Positions 8,785 to 16,910 of a stretch of DNA of 44,209 nucleotides are shown piece by piece. The DNA comes from Patescibacteria group bacterium (lineage in GTDB: Bacteria; Patescibacteriota; Microgenomatia; Levybacterales; UBA12049). Made by a program: the position numbers and the translations under genes. Position 1 is the first letter of the stretch. Each line of letters opens with the position of its first letter. The notes beneath the pieces are model-generated. The model saw nothing but the letters and a program-made list of their open reading frames with translations, searched no databases and was not told the DNA's origin. The stretch lies in NCBI GenBank assembly GCA_023473545.1, contig JAMCXO010000013.1, forward strand, positions 1-44,209, read 5' to 3'.

Positions 8785-8937
8785 ATGTTAATTAGCGCTT
8801 ATAGCCTTATAAAAAAATATCCGTTTAGAACATTGGATTTTTTCTTCATGCGCAATGAACCCGTAGACAGGGTTGACAGACAGGGAAAATCAAGAGCAAG
8901 GCAGAATAAGCACATTACAAAAATAAATGAATTATAA
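8785..8937 (+). CDS. possible 50-aa small protein or gene remnant
   Basis: GGGGGTGAG RBS-like motif (8772-8780) before ATG 8785; the same motif precedes ppa. Confidence 0.3.
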   Translation: MLISAYSLIKKYPFRTLDFFFMRNEPVDRVDRQGKSRARQNKHITKINEL

Positions 8938-9034
8938 ACAGTGTGTTTTATGCAGAATTAAGAAACCCTGAATATTCAGCATATAACTTCAACAAACTAT
9001 TTTTTTCACCGATTTCAAACGGTAACATTTATCC

Positions 9035-10024
9035 TTATTTCCTTTTCTTCTTTAATGCTGGCTGAAGATTAGATCCTATCCCTCTTAAAAAACTTAAAGC
9101 GATTTTGCCTAAATCTTCTATATGGTATCCCCCCTCTTGAATGATTAAGGTTGGGATCTGGAGACTTGCTATCTCTCTGCCTATTGTTTCGTAGAAAGGA
9201 ATAGTTAGCTTGAAACCACCAATTGGATCTTTTTCGTAGGTATCAAAACCGGCAGAAACGATGAGGAATTTTGGATTAAAATCGTTGATATCCTTTAACG
9301 CTTTGCGTAATGTTAAAAAGTATTGCTTGTCAGTTATACCTAAAGGAAGTGGATAATTTTTATTAAATCCTAATCCCTCACCAGATCCACGTTCGTTCGC
9401 AAACCCACTGATGTATGGGAATTTTTCATGAGGATCGGCATGAATTGATATATAAAGAACATCAGAACGGTTATAGAAAATACTCTGCGTTCCATTTCCA
9501 TGATGGAAATCAATATCTAATATAACAGCCCTACCTTTCCTTGAAAGATAATCTGCCGCAATTGCTGCATTGTTAAAATAACAATATCCCCCCATGGTTT
9601 TATATTCGGCATGGTGGCCAGGGGGACGACAAAGTGAATACACAACTTTTTCTCCACGAAGTACATACCTTGCTCCTGTTAAAGCAACATCAACAGCAGT
9701 CTTCGCCGCCATGTAAGTTTTTCTGACAATAGGCGTATATGTATCTATGATGAAATAAGAAGGGTAAAGTACCTCATCCTGTCTAAGCTTATTAGATCTC
9801 TTTTGTAGAAATGACACATACTGTTTTTGGTGCACATTATTGATATGGCTTATTGGGAAAATAGACGGATTATAAAAACGCCCCAATCCACCGGTGCGTA
9901 AGGTTTCCGCAACCGACTCTATTCTTTCAGCTTTTTCAGCATACGGTTCTAACAGCCCATCGTATATTTCATATGGAGGATTATGCTCTCTATGTCTTTT
10001 TGAGTAAATTATTTTTATATTCAT
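9035..10024 (-). CDS. HDAC-superfamily amidohydrolase (acetylpolyamine amidohydrolase-like)
   Basis: RPPGHHA, GGYCYFNN, DIDFHHGNGTQ, SIHADP, SAGFD, QEGGY; N-terminal E..ER motif. Confidence 0.92.
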   Translation of the reverse strand: MNIKIIYSKRHREHNPPYEIYDGLLEPYAEKAERIESVAETLRTGGLGRFYNPSIFPISHINNVHQKQYVSFLQKRSNKLRQDEVLYPSYFIIDTYTPIVRKTYMAAKTAVDVALTGARYVLRGEKVVYSLCRPPGHHAEYKTMGGYCYFNNAAIAADYLSRKGRAVILDIDFHHGNGTQSIFYNRSDVLYISIHADPHEKFPYISGFANERGSGEGLGFNKNYPLPLGITDKQYFLTLRKALKDINDFNPKFLIVSAGFDTYEKDPIGGFKLTIPFYETIGREIASLQIPTLIIQEGGYHIEDLGKIALSFLRGIGSNLQPALKKKRK

Positions 10025-10033
10025 AGTAATAAG

Positions 10034-11083
10034 TTACATTTTTATCATTTGCATAATTGAATCTACCTGACTGGAGTTATAATGATTTTGTATTACTTCA
10101 ACAGCTAAATACATAAAGGTAAAATCCCGCAGCCTACCTTCTTCTACCGGTTGGCCATCACGCACCAATACGTTTTGAACCAGAATTTGAGGCGCTGAAT
10201 ATCCATGTGTTCTTTCGGGAATACGAAATCCCGCGCCATGACCTGCGCGATCAGAACGAGACTGGAAGTTGCACTCAGCATAAATAAGTGGTAATCCATT
10301 GGGGTTTTCTCGCAAGTCAGAAAGTATTTGAGCATTTAATGCGGCGAGTGTTACGGTCATCAACCCTTTCCCAGCATATCCATCCCTTGTTCTCCACTCC
10401 GTGCTTTCAACTAAATCTAGGGTTCCATTTGCCGAAGGTATTGATAATCGTTCCGCCATTGCAACACTTATTACGGTTCCGTTGTCTCTTAGCGCGCTGA
10501 ACCATACATCCCTTTGTGATGGATGTTTTTCTTTACCAGCAACTAGTTTCCTTCTTAAATTGTCCACTTCGTGTCGTTGCCATCCAAAAGTCTCCCTCCA
10601 CAAAACATGGACTTGGTCTATTTGATTCTCGGGAATATAATTAACAATGGTAAAACCCTGCTCAATAATCGATCTGGCCCTCTTAAGCGGTGATAATCCG
10701 CCCCTTTTCTGAGTATTTGTTTGTTCGATCATTATTTCACGGGGAGTTATTAATTTTCTGCCCGGATTATTATTTGCCATATAAATAAGCCAGGAATCAT
10801 CCCCCGTAAATTCTACAATTGGAAGCGCTACCTCAAGATAAGGCTGCAGGCCATTAGTTGAGATGTGATGCATAATATTTTCATTTACTAGTCCACGAAA
10901 AACACTTCTAGTGATTTTGTCTGGATGCCGTTGGACAACTTCGTTTAATCTTTTAAGATTATGTTCGAACTCGATTGGATTAGTAGAATAACGAGTGCCA
11001 TTAACGTATAATCTCTCATACTGTCTTCTTGAGACGCCCAACCTTCCTGTGCTAGAGAATATTGTTTCTGTTTCTTTGTTCAT
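10034..11083 (-). CDS. divergent GNAT acetyltransferase, AblB/YodP (beta-lysine N6-acetyltransferase)-like
   Basis: Colinear resemblance, by eye, to the AblB pattern: ERLYV, EVALP..FTG..., LWRETF, VISVAMAE, VESTEWRTRDGYAGKGLM (GNAT motif A), QNVLV, DFTFMYL. AAGGAG SD 6 nt before ATG 11083. Confidence 0.65.
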   Translation of the reverse strand: MNKETETIFSSTGRLGVSRRQYERLYVNGTRYSTNPIEFEHNLKRLNEVVQRHPDKITRSVFRGLVNENIMHHISTNGLQPYLEVALPIVEFTGDDSWLIYMANNNPGRKLITPREIMIEQTNTQKRGGLSPLKRARSIIEQGFTIVNYIPENQIDQVHVLWRETFGWQRHEVDNLRRKLVAGKEKHPSQRDVWFSALRDNGTVISVAMAERLSIPSANGTLDLVESTEWRTRDGYAGKGLMTVTLAALNAQILSDLRENPNGLPLIYAECNFQSRSDRAGHGAGFRIPERTHGYSAPQILVQNVLVRDGQPVEEGRLRDFTFMYLAVEVIQNHYNSSQVDSIMQMIKM

Positions 11084-11117
11084 AATAAACTCCTTCTTTC
11101 TGACATTTTTTGCCATT

Positions 11118-11140
11118 AAAAAACCCCTCTTTCGAGGGGT
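11118..11140 (-). terminator. intrinsic terminator in the operon leader (attenuator)
   Basis: ACCCCUC-GAAA-GAGGGGU then UUUUU, located upstream of the GNAT start. Confidence 0.85.
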
Positions 11141-11169
11141 GTTCTTTGTGCGCGAGATTTTGTTTTAAA

Positions 11170-11247
11170 TCACGCCAACAACATCCCTCCTTGAGCGGTT
11201 TTCTTTGCCTTTTTGCTAACAGCATTGAAACAAGAGATGTTATTCAT
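11170..11247 (-). CDS. 25-aa Lys-rich leader peptide MNNISCFNAVSKKAKKTAQGGMLLA
   Basis: ATG 11247 to TGA 11172-11170; codons AAA AAG GCA AAG AAA at 11214-11200; its 3' end forms the 5' arm of an antiterminator. Confidence 0.7.
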   Translation of the reverse strand: MNNISCFNAVSKKAKKTAQGGMLLA

Positions 11248-11261
11248 AATAATTAGTTAGT

Positions 11262-11290
11262 ATTATTTCAAACTTTTGATCAAGTGTCAA
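11262..11290 (-). promoter_or_regulatory. sigma70 promoter of the leader/GNAT/deacetylase operon
   Basis: TTGACA(11290-11285)-17 nt-AATAAT(11267-11262) with a TGn extension. Confidence 0.65.
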
Positions 11291-11474
11291 CGAATAGTCT
11301 TGTAATATTATTTACGATGATTTTCTATATTTCCGGTCTCATTTTTCATGGCTATGATTATAGCATAAGCCTAACATGATCGATAAAACAAAATTTGAGA
11401 ATAGAAAGTAAACCTTCGGAGAAAAGGCGCATCTTGCTTGCCATATTAATTCACAATATGTCTAATGTTAAAAT

Positions 11475-12485
11475 TTATAAATAGGCGGAGAGGTTTTTGC
11501 CGGGAATAAAAGAGCTGGAAAGGGCAATGCTCTTACATTTTTCCAGTTCTTTGTCGTTTAAAATCATATTTTGTTTCAAGAATTCGAACTGTTTAGTTAA
11601 TTTTCCATTTTCTATAATCTCGGGCCAATCGGTATTGATGGAAAATTTAACTTTATTCTCAATAAAGGTTCTAATAATCTTCCTAAGCTCATCAATGTCT
11701 TTAACCGCGCTGGTAACAATATTGGAAAGCGGACAAATCTCAAGAATAATATCCCGCTTAACCAGCTCTTTCATCAATGACTTATCGTATGCCGCCTTGA
11801 TGCCGTGTCCTATTCTTTCGGGTTTAACAAATTCAATTGCCTCCCACATATCATTGGTGTCGTCGGTTTCTCCGCAGTGGGCAACAACCCGCAGTCCCGC
11901 CTCTCTTGCCTTATCAACAAGCGCTTTGTAGTCTTTAAAGTGAAACGTGCCTTTATCGTAATTTGCGAAATCTATTGCTATCACCCCGCGTTTTCTGTAC
12001 TTGATTGCCTTTTCAACAAGGATTTTATTTTTCTCAAAACTGAATTGTCGGTCCAGGCAAAAGATAATGCCGGCCGAAACCTGGCGGTATTCCAGGAGGG
12101 CCCTTTCCATGCCCCTAAGCATCGCCATTATAATATGATCCAGATCTTCCTGCCCTTCGTGATTGTGTTTCATCGGGTTGGTTCTTAGCTCAAGCAGTCG
12201 GATATTGCTTGATCTGTACGCCCCGCTTATTACTTCGTATACGCACTCTTCTGCCGCATAGGTTCCGGAACTCAGTTTATTAAGAAGCGGATGATAAATC
12301 GTGTCAAAATAGTCTTTCATGGTTGTTTTTTTATTTACCGAAAGGCTAACGTACTTAAGAAATTCGTTGTAGTCTTTTTTGGGGAGCTTAAAACCCTGAC
12401 TGTGGGCAATCCGCCAATAGATAGAGGGGTGAATGGAGGTTGTGAGGTGGGCGTGCAGATCGGCTAATCCTATTTTTTCAGTCAT
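11475..12485 (-). CDS. adenosine deaminase family metallohydrolase
   Basis: ADLHAHL, ELR, AHCGE, ERIGHGI, LEICPLSN, INTDWP. Confidence 0.85.
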   Translation of the reverse strand: MTEKIGLADLHAHLTTSIHPSIYWRIAHSQGFKLPKKDYNEFLKYVSLSVNKKTTMKDYFDTIYHPLLNKLSSGTYAAEECVYEVISGAYRSSNIRLLELRTNPMKHNHEGQEDLDHIIMAMLRGMERALLEYRQVSAGIIFCLDRQFSFEKNKILVEKAIKYRKRGVIAIDFANYDKGTFHFKDYKALVDKAREAGLRVVAHCGETDDTNDMWEAIEFVKPERIGHGIKAAYDKSLMKELVKRDIILEICPLSNIVTSAVKDIDELRKIIRTFIENKVKFSINTDWPEIIENGKLTKQFEFLKQNMILNDKELEKCKSIALSSSFIPGKNLSAYL

Positions 12486-12521
12486 CTAAGAAGTATATCA
12501 TATGCGATTCTTCCTGTCCTG

Positions 12522-15500
12522 TCATTTTATATATTCGCTCCAGGATTTAATCTCTAAGTTATCGAGCGCTTTATCCGTAACGGCATCGGCGAAAATCCCG
12601 GCTTTTTCCATTTTGGTAAACAGGGGGATATTATGATCGGTGGCAGAGCGGCGGATGGCAAAATCGTCATCAATGTCTTTTTTAAATTTTTCATCCGTAA
12701 TATTAATTGCCAGATCTATTTTTGCTTTTTGAAAAAACTCAAGAATATTGGGAGATTTCTTTTCATGAATTTTATAAAGGTGTTTTGCCCTGATGCCGTT
12801 TTTATCAAGAAAAATAGAGGTATTTTTGGTGGCAAAGATCGGTATTCCCAGGGCGGCAAGTTTTTTTACGCTTGGCAGAAATAAAATCTTGTTCCTTTCC
12901 CCGCCAAGAGAGACAAATATGCCTTTTTGCGGAATCTTGCCGCCAACGGCAATTTCTCCTTTTAAAAACGCTTCCTTAGTATCTTTGCCAAAACAGGCGA
13001 CTTCTCCTGTTGACGACATCTCAACATGCACTATCGGATCGGCGCCTGTTAATCTGGCAAAAGAGAACTGCGCGATTTTAACGGCGGCAAAGCCTGTTTT
13101 AGTATGGATCAGCTGTTCTTTTGCCTGATTAAAAAAAGCATCTGTCGCAAGCTCACTAAAATTTACGCCTGTTATTTTAGATATAAAAGGGAAAGTTCTC
13201 GATGAACGAAGATTTATTTCTATTACCTGGATTGTGTTTTCCTTAACCAGAAATTGGATGTTGAAGGGCCCTGTGATAGCAAGGGCTCCGGCAAGTTTTT
13301 CGCCAGTCTCTTCTATTATTTTCTGTATCCGGCGGCTGGTTTTTTGCGAGGGGAAAACAATTGACGCGTCTCCGGAGTGGACTCCGGCATTTTCAATATG
13401 CTCGCAGATAGCCCCTGTTATGATTTTTCCATTTTGAGAAACCGCGTCAAATTCCAGCTCTTTGGCCTCCTCTATGAATTTGGACACGGTTATCGGATAG
13501 TCTTTGGAGAACTTGGTTTTGTCCTGCAAAAAGTGCGTCAGCTCATTCCTGTTATGGCATATTCTCATCAGCGTTCCCGAGAGAACGTACGAAGGTCTTA
13601 AAAGCACGGGATAGCCGGTTCTTTCGCAGAAAGAGAGAGCGGATTTAATATTTGTAAATTTGTTCCATGCCGGCTGGTTGATATTAAGATTGTCCAAGAG
13701 TTTTGAGAATTTAGACCTCTCCTCCGCCCGGTCTATATTTTTAGGATCAGTGCCGAGTATTTCGGCGCCATACGCCTTTAGCGCCTTGGCTCTGTTGTTC
13801 GGCGTTTGTCCTCCAACGGAAACTATAACCCCAAACGGATTTTCAAAATCATAAATATCCGCCAGTCTTTCGAAGGTTAACTCTTCAAAGTAAAGCCTTT
13901 TTGAAACATCATAGTCCGTGGAGACAGTTTCCGGATTGCAGTTTATAATTATGGATTCTTTGTTATATTTTTTTAGATTAATAGCCGTATTAACGCTTGT
14001 CCAGTCGAATTCTACCGAAGACCCGATTCTATAGGGTCCTGATCCCAGAACCATGACCCCTTTGTTTCCCAATGGCGTGATGTCGTTATGATTCGCGTTA
14101 TAGGTTAAATAGAGATAGTTTGTTTTAGCGGGAAATTCCCCGGCCATGGTATCTATATTCATTACATAAGGAATAATATTATATTTCTTCCGAAGTTTTC
14201 TAACCGAGAGCCCTGTTGAATTTACAAGTGTCCCTATTCTTTTGTCGGAGAACCCAAGTTTTTTTAGCTCCAGGAGATTTTGTTTTGTAATCTTAGACAG
14301 TTTAGGCGGGATGTTTTTTTCGGCATCCGCGATATTTTTAATCCGGTATAAAAACCATGGGTCTATGCCTGTTAGCCTATAAATTTCCGAAGCGGTAATA
14401 TTCGATTTCATGGCCGCGGCCACAGCAAACATCCTTTTAGGCGTGGGCGTTTTGAGGAGCTCTGTAATCGTTTTTCCGTTATCCAGCAGGGTATCGCTTG
14501 TTGCTCCTTCAAAATCTAAATCAAGCATCCGGATTGCTTTTTGATATGCCTCTTCAAATTTTCTGCCTATGCCCATTACCTCACCTACCGATTTCATGCT
14601 GCTGCCAATTCTCTCATCCGCGCCCCTGAATTTTTCTATATCCCATCTGGGGATCTTAACCACGATATAATCGAGAGAGGGTTCAAAGCAGGCTGACGTT
14701 TTCAGGGTAACTTTATTCTTGATTTCAGTTAATCCTTTACCGATTGCCAGTTTAGCCGCCACCCAGGCCAGCGGATAGCCGGTTGCCTTTGAGGCAAGAG
14801 CGGAACTTCGGGAAAGCCTGGCGTTGACCTCAATAACGTAATAATCAAGAAGGTTTTTGCGGGGATTTGGATTGAGGGCAAATTGGACATTGCATTCTCC
14901 GATTATGCCAAGGCTTCTGACGATTTTGACAGCAATTGATCGCAGGCCGTGGTATTCAAAATTATTCAGGGTTTGGCTTGGAGCGACTACAATGGATTCT
15001 CCGGTGTGTATTCCCAGTGGATCCATGTTTTCCATATTGCAGACAGCGATACAGTTGTCGTATCTGTCCCGCACTATCTCATATTCAATCTCTTTAAAAT
15101 GATGAAGGTATTGTTCTACCAGAATTTGAGGCGCAAACGCGAAGGCCCGGGCGGCAATCTCCTTTAACTCATCTATATTGGAGGCCACCCCGCTTCCCTG
15201 CCCGCCCAACGCGTAGCCTGACCGTACCATTACCGGAAAACCTATCTGCCGCGCTATTTTTAAGGCCTCATTTATATTTTTGGCGCTGCGGCTTTCCGGG
15301 GTTGGAATTTTTAATTTTCTAAGGTGATCGGCAAATTTTTTTCTGTCCTCAGTTAATATTATCGCCTTAATTGGCGTGCCCAATATCTTTACATTATGCT
15401 TTTTTAGAATAGACCGTTTATTTAAGGCAATGCCGCAATTTAAGGCAGTTTGTCCGCCAAAGGACAAAAGTATAGAATCCGGTTTTTCCTTTTCTATGAT

Positions 15501-15719
15501 CTTTTCTACAAAATAATCGTTAACAGGCAGAAAGTATACCTCATCCGCCAGGTTTTTAGAGGTTTGGACGGTTGCGATATTGGGATTTACCAAAATGGTT
15601 TTTATTTTTTCCTCTTTTAACGCCTTTATGGCTTGGGAACCCGAATAGTCAAACTCCCCGGCCTCCCCTATTTTCAGAGCCCCTGAACCTAAAATAAGAA
15701 CCTTCTTAATTTTACTCAT
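12522..15719 (-). CDS. carB: carbamoyl-phosphate synthase large subunit
   Basis: KKVLILGSG.LKIGEAGEFDYSGSQA, duplicated ATP-grasp domains, C-terminal MGS-like domain. Start at MSKIKK (15719), just after the carA stop. Confidence 0.97.
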   Translation of the reverse strand: MSKIKKVLILGSGALKIGEAGEFDYSGSQAIKALKEEKIKTILVNPNIATVQTSKNLADEVYFLPVNDYFVEKIIEKEKPDSILLSFGGQTALNCGIALNKRSILKKHNVKILGTPIKAIILTEDRKKFADHLRKLKIPTPESRSAKNINEALKIARQIGFPVMVRSGYALGGQGSGVASNIDELKEIAARAFAFAPQILVEQYLHHFKEIEYEIVRDRYDNCIAVCNMENMDPLGIHTGESIVVAPSQTLNNFEYHGLRSIAVKIVRSLGIIGECNVQFALNPNPRKNLLDYYVIEVNARLSRSSALASKATGYPLAWVAAKLAIGKGLTEIKNKVTLKTSACFEPSLDYIVVKIPRWDIEKFRGADERIGSSMKSVGEVMGIGRKFEEAYQKAIRMLDLDFEGATSDTLLDNGKTITELLKTPTPKRMFAVAAAMKSNITASEIYRLTGIDPWFLYRIKNIADAEKNIPPKLSKITKQNLLELKKLGFSDKRIGTLVNSTGLSVRKLRKKYNIIPYVMNIDTMAGEFPAKTNYLYLTYNANHNDITPLGNKGVMVLGSGPYRIGSSVEFDWTSVNTAINLKKYNKESIIINCNPETVSTDYDVSKRLYFEELTFERLADIYDFENPFGVIVSVGGQTPNNRAKALKAYGAEILGTDPKNIDRAEERSKFSKLLDNLNINQPAWNKFTNIKSALSFCERTGYPVLLRPSYVLSGTLMRICHNRNELTHFLQDKTKFSKDYPITVSKFIEEAKELEFDAVSQNGKIITGAICEHIENAGVHSGDASIVFPSQKTSRRIQKIIEETGEKLAGALAITGPFNIQFLVKENTIQVIEINLRSSRTFPFISKITGVNFSELATDAFFNQAKEQLIHTKTGFAAVKIAQFSFARLTGADPIVHVEMSSTGEVACFGKDTKEAFLKGEIAVGGKIPQKGIFVSLGGERNKILFLPSVKKLAALGIPIFATKNTSIFLDKNGIRAKHLYKIHEKKSPNILEFFQKAKIDLAINITDEKFKKDIDDDFAIRRSATDHNIPLFTKMEKAGIFADAVTDKALDNLEIKSWSEYIK

Positions 15720-15720
15720 G

Positions 15721-16875
15721 CTATTTACTTTGCCCTCCCGGCGGCTGCGGTAATCTTTCCAAAAAATAATCAAAGACCCATTCCGTATCCATGGGTCCGG
15801 GATTTGCTTCCGGATGAAACTGGACAGACATAATAGGCAGGTTTTTGTGAATAATTCCTTCATTTGTGCCGTCATTCGCGTTGGTAAACCACGCTCTGAA
15901 ATTATTCGGAATGCGATTGACATAGAACCCGTGATTTTGGGTTGTTATAAAACATTTTTTGCTTTTGCTTAAGATACATGGCTGATTTTGGCTTCTGTGG
16001 CCGTATTTTAGCTTGCCGGTTCCCCCTCCCAGGGCCAGGGTTAACAGCTGATGGCCAAGGCAGATGCCCAGTATCGGGATTTGCCTTTTTAGCGCCTTGG
16101 CAATTGTGTTGATAGTTTTATCGGCCATTTGCGGATTGCCCGGGCCATTTGAGACAACTATCGCGTCAAAAACCGGTTTTCCTTCTTGGGTGAGCGTTCT
16201 CGGCATGGCAGGCTGAGTGTCGGAAAAGGGGTCGCGGTCCCAGGGGACAGTTATCACCCTTACCCCTCTTTTTAGAAGAGAGCGGATGATATTTCTTTTT
16301 GCCCCGCAATCTATAAGAAGGACTGTTATTTTTTTATGGTTTGCCGGATTTTGGGCGAAGGACGGGCCGGGCGCGTGATAGACAAAGGCCTCAGGTTCCA
16401 AGACCCTAATTTGGTTTGCGCAGACTTTTGGCAGAAGGTTTTCCTTGTTTGGATCGTAGAATTCTATATCGCCTTTTATAACTATTTTTCCGAGCATTGT
16501 CCCTTTCTCTCTGATTTTTTGCGTAAGAAATCTGGTATCGTTTATTTCAATGGCCGGAATCTTTTCCCTTTTAAGCCAGTCGGAAAGGGTTTCTTTGCTT
16601 AAAAAATGAGACGGGGTATCAATATAATTTGAGACAATAAGTCCCGCGGCTTTTATTCCTTCGGATTCCCAATATTTTTTATCCGCCACGCCATAATTGC
16701 CGATAATAGGATATGTCAGGATTAATATCTGTCCTTTGTAGGAGGGATCAGTCAGGCTCTGCGGATATCCGACCATGCCGGTTGAAAAAACAACCTCTCC
16801 GGCCGAAGACGATAAGAAACCAAAACTTAATCCTTCAAAATGAGAGCCGTCTTCTAAAATTAGTGTTCCCTTCAT
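15721..16875 (-). CDS. carA: carbamoyl-phosphate synthase small subunit
   Basis: GEVVFSTGMVGY..SLTDPSY, SNGPG, GICLGHQ, SVQFHPE. Confidence 0.96.
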   Translation of the reverse strand: MKGTLILEDGSHFEGLSFGFLSSSAGEVVFSTGMVGYPQSLTDPSYKGQILILTYPIIGNYGVADKKYWESEGIKAAGLIVSNYIDTPSHFLSKETLSDWLKREKIPAIEINDTRFLTQKIREKGTMLGKIVIKGDIEFYDPNKENLLPKVCANQIRVLEPEAFVYHAPGPSFAQNPANHKKITVLLIDCGAKRNIIRSLLKRGVRVITVPWDRDPFSDTQPAMPRTLTQEGKPVFDAIVVSNGPGNPQMADKTINTIAKALKRQIPILGICLGHQLLTLALGGGTGKLKYGHRSQNQPCILSKSKKCFITTQNHGFYVNRIPNNFRAWFTNANDGTNEGIIHKNLPIMSVQFHPEANPGPMDTEWVFDYFLERLPQPPGGQSK

Positions 16876-16910
16876 GTAAGATTTAACTGAATATGCCCCA
16901 AGTTAGGCAT

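Noticed and set aside
8948..9028. 26-codon minus-strand ORF after the deacetylase (MLPFEIGEKNSLLKLYAEYSGFLNSA)
   Set aside because: Has a weak AAGGA upstream but is too short and featureless to call; may be a remnant.
11118..11290. Lysine riboswitch or T-box upstream of the GNAT operon
   Set aside because: The leader is too short for an L-box aptamer and lacks the T-box UGGNACC bulge; the uORF model fits better.
11369..11473. attC-like site (GCCTAAC...GTTAAAA)
   Set aside because: The ends are only partly complementary and the interior is not palindromic.
15720..15923. 68-aa N-terminal extension of CarB in the ORF track
   Set aside because: It overlaps carA in another frame; homology starts at MSKIKK (15719). 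The similar extensions of xer, rarA, folD and two pilins were trimmed for the same reason.
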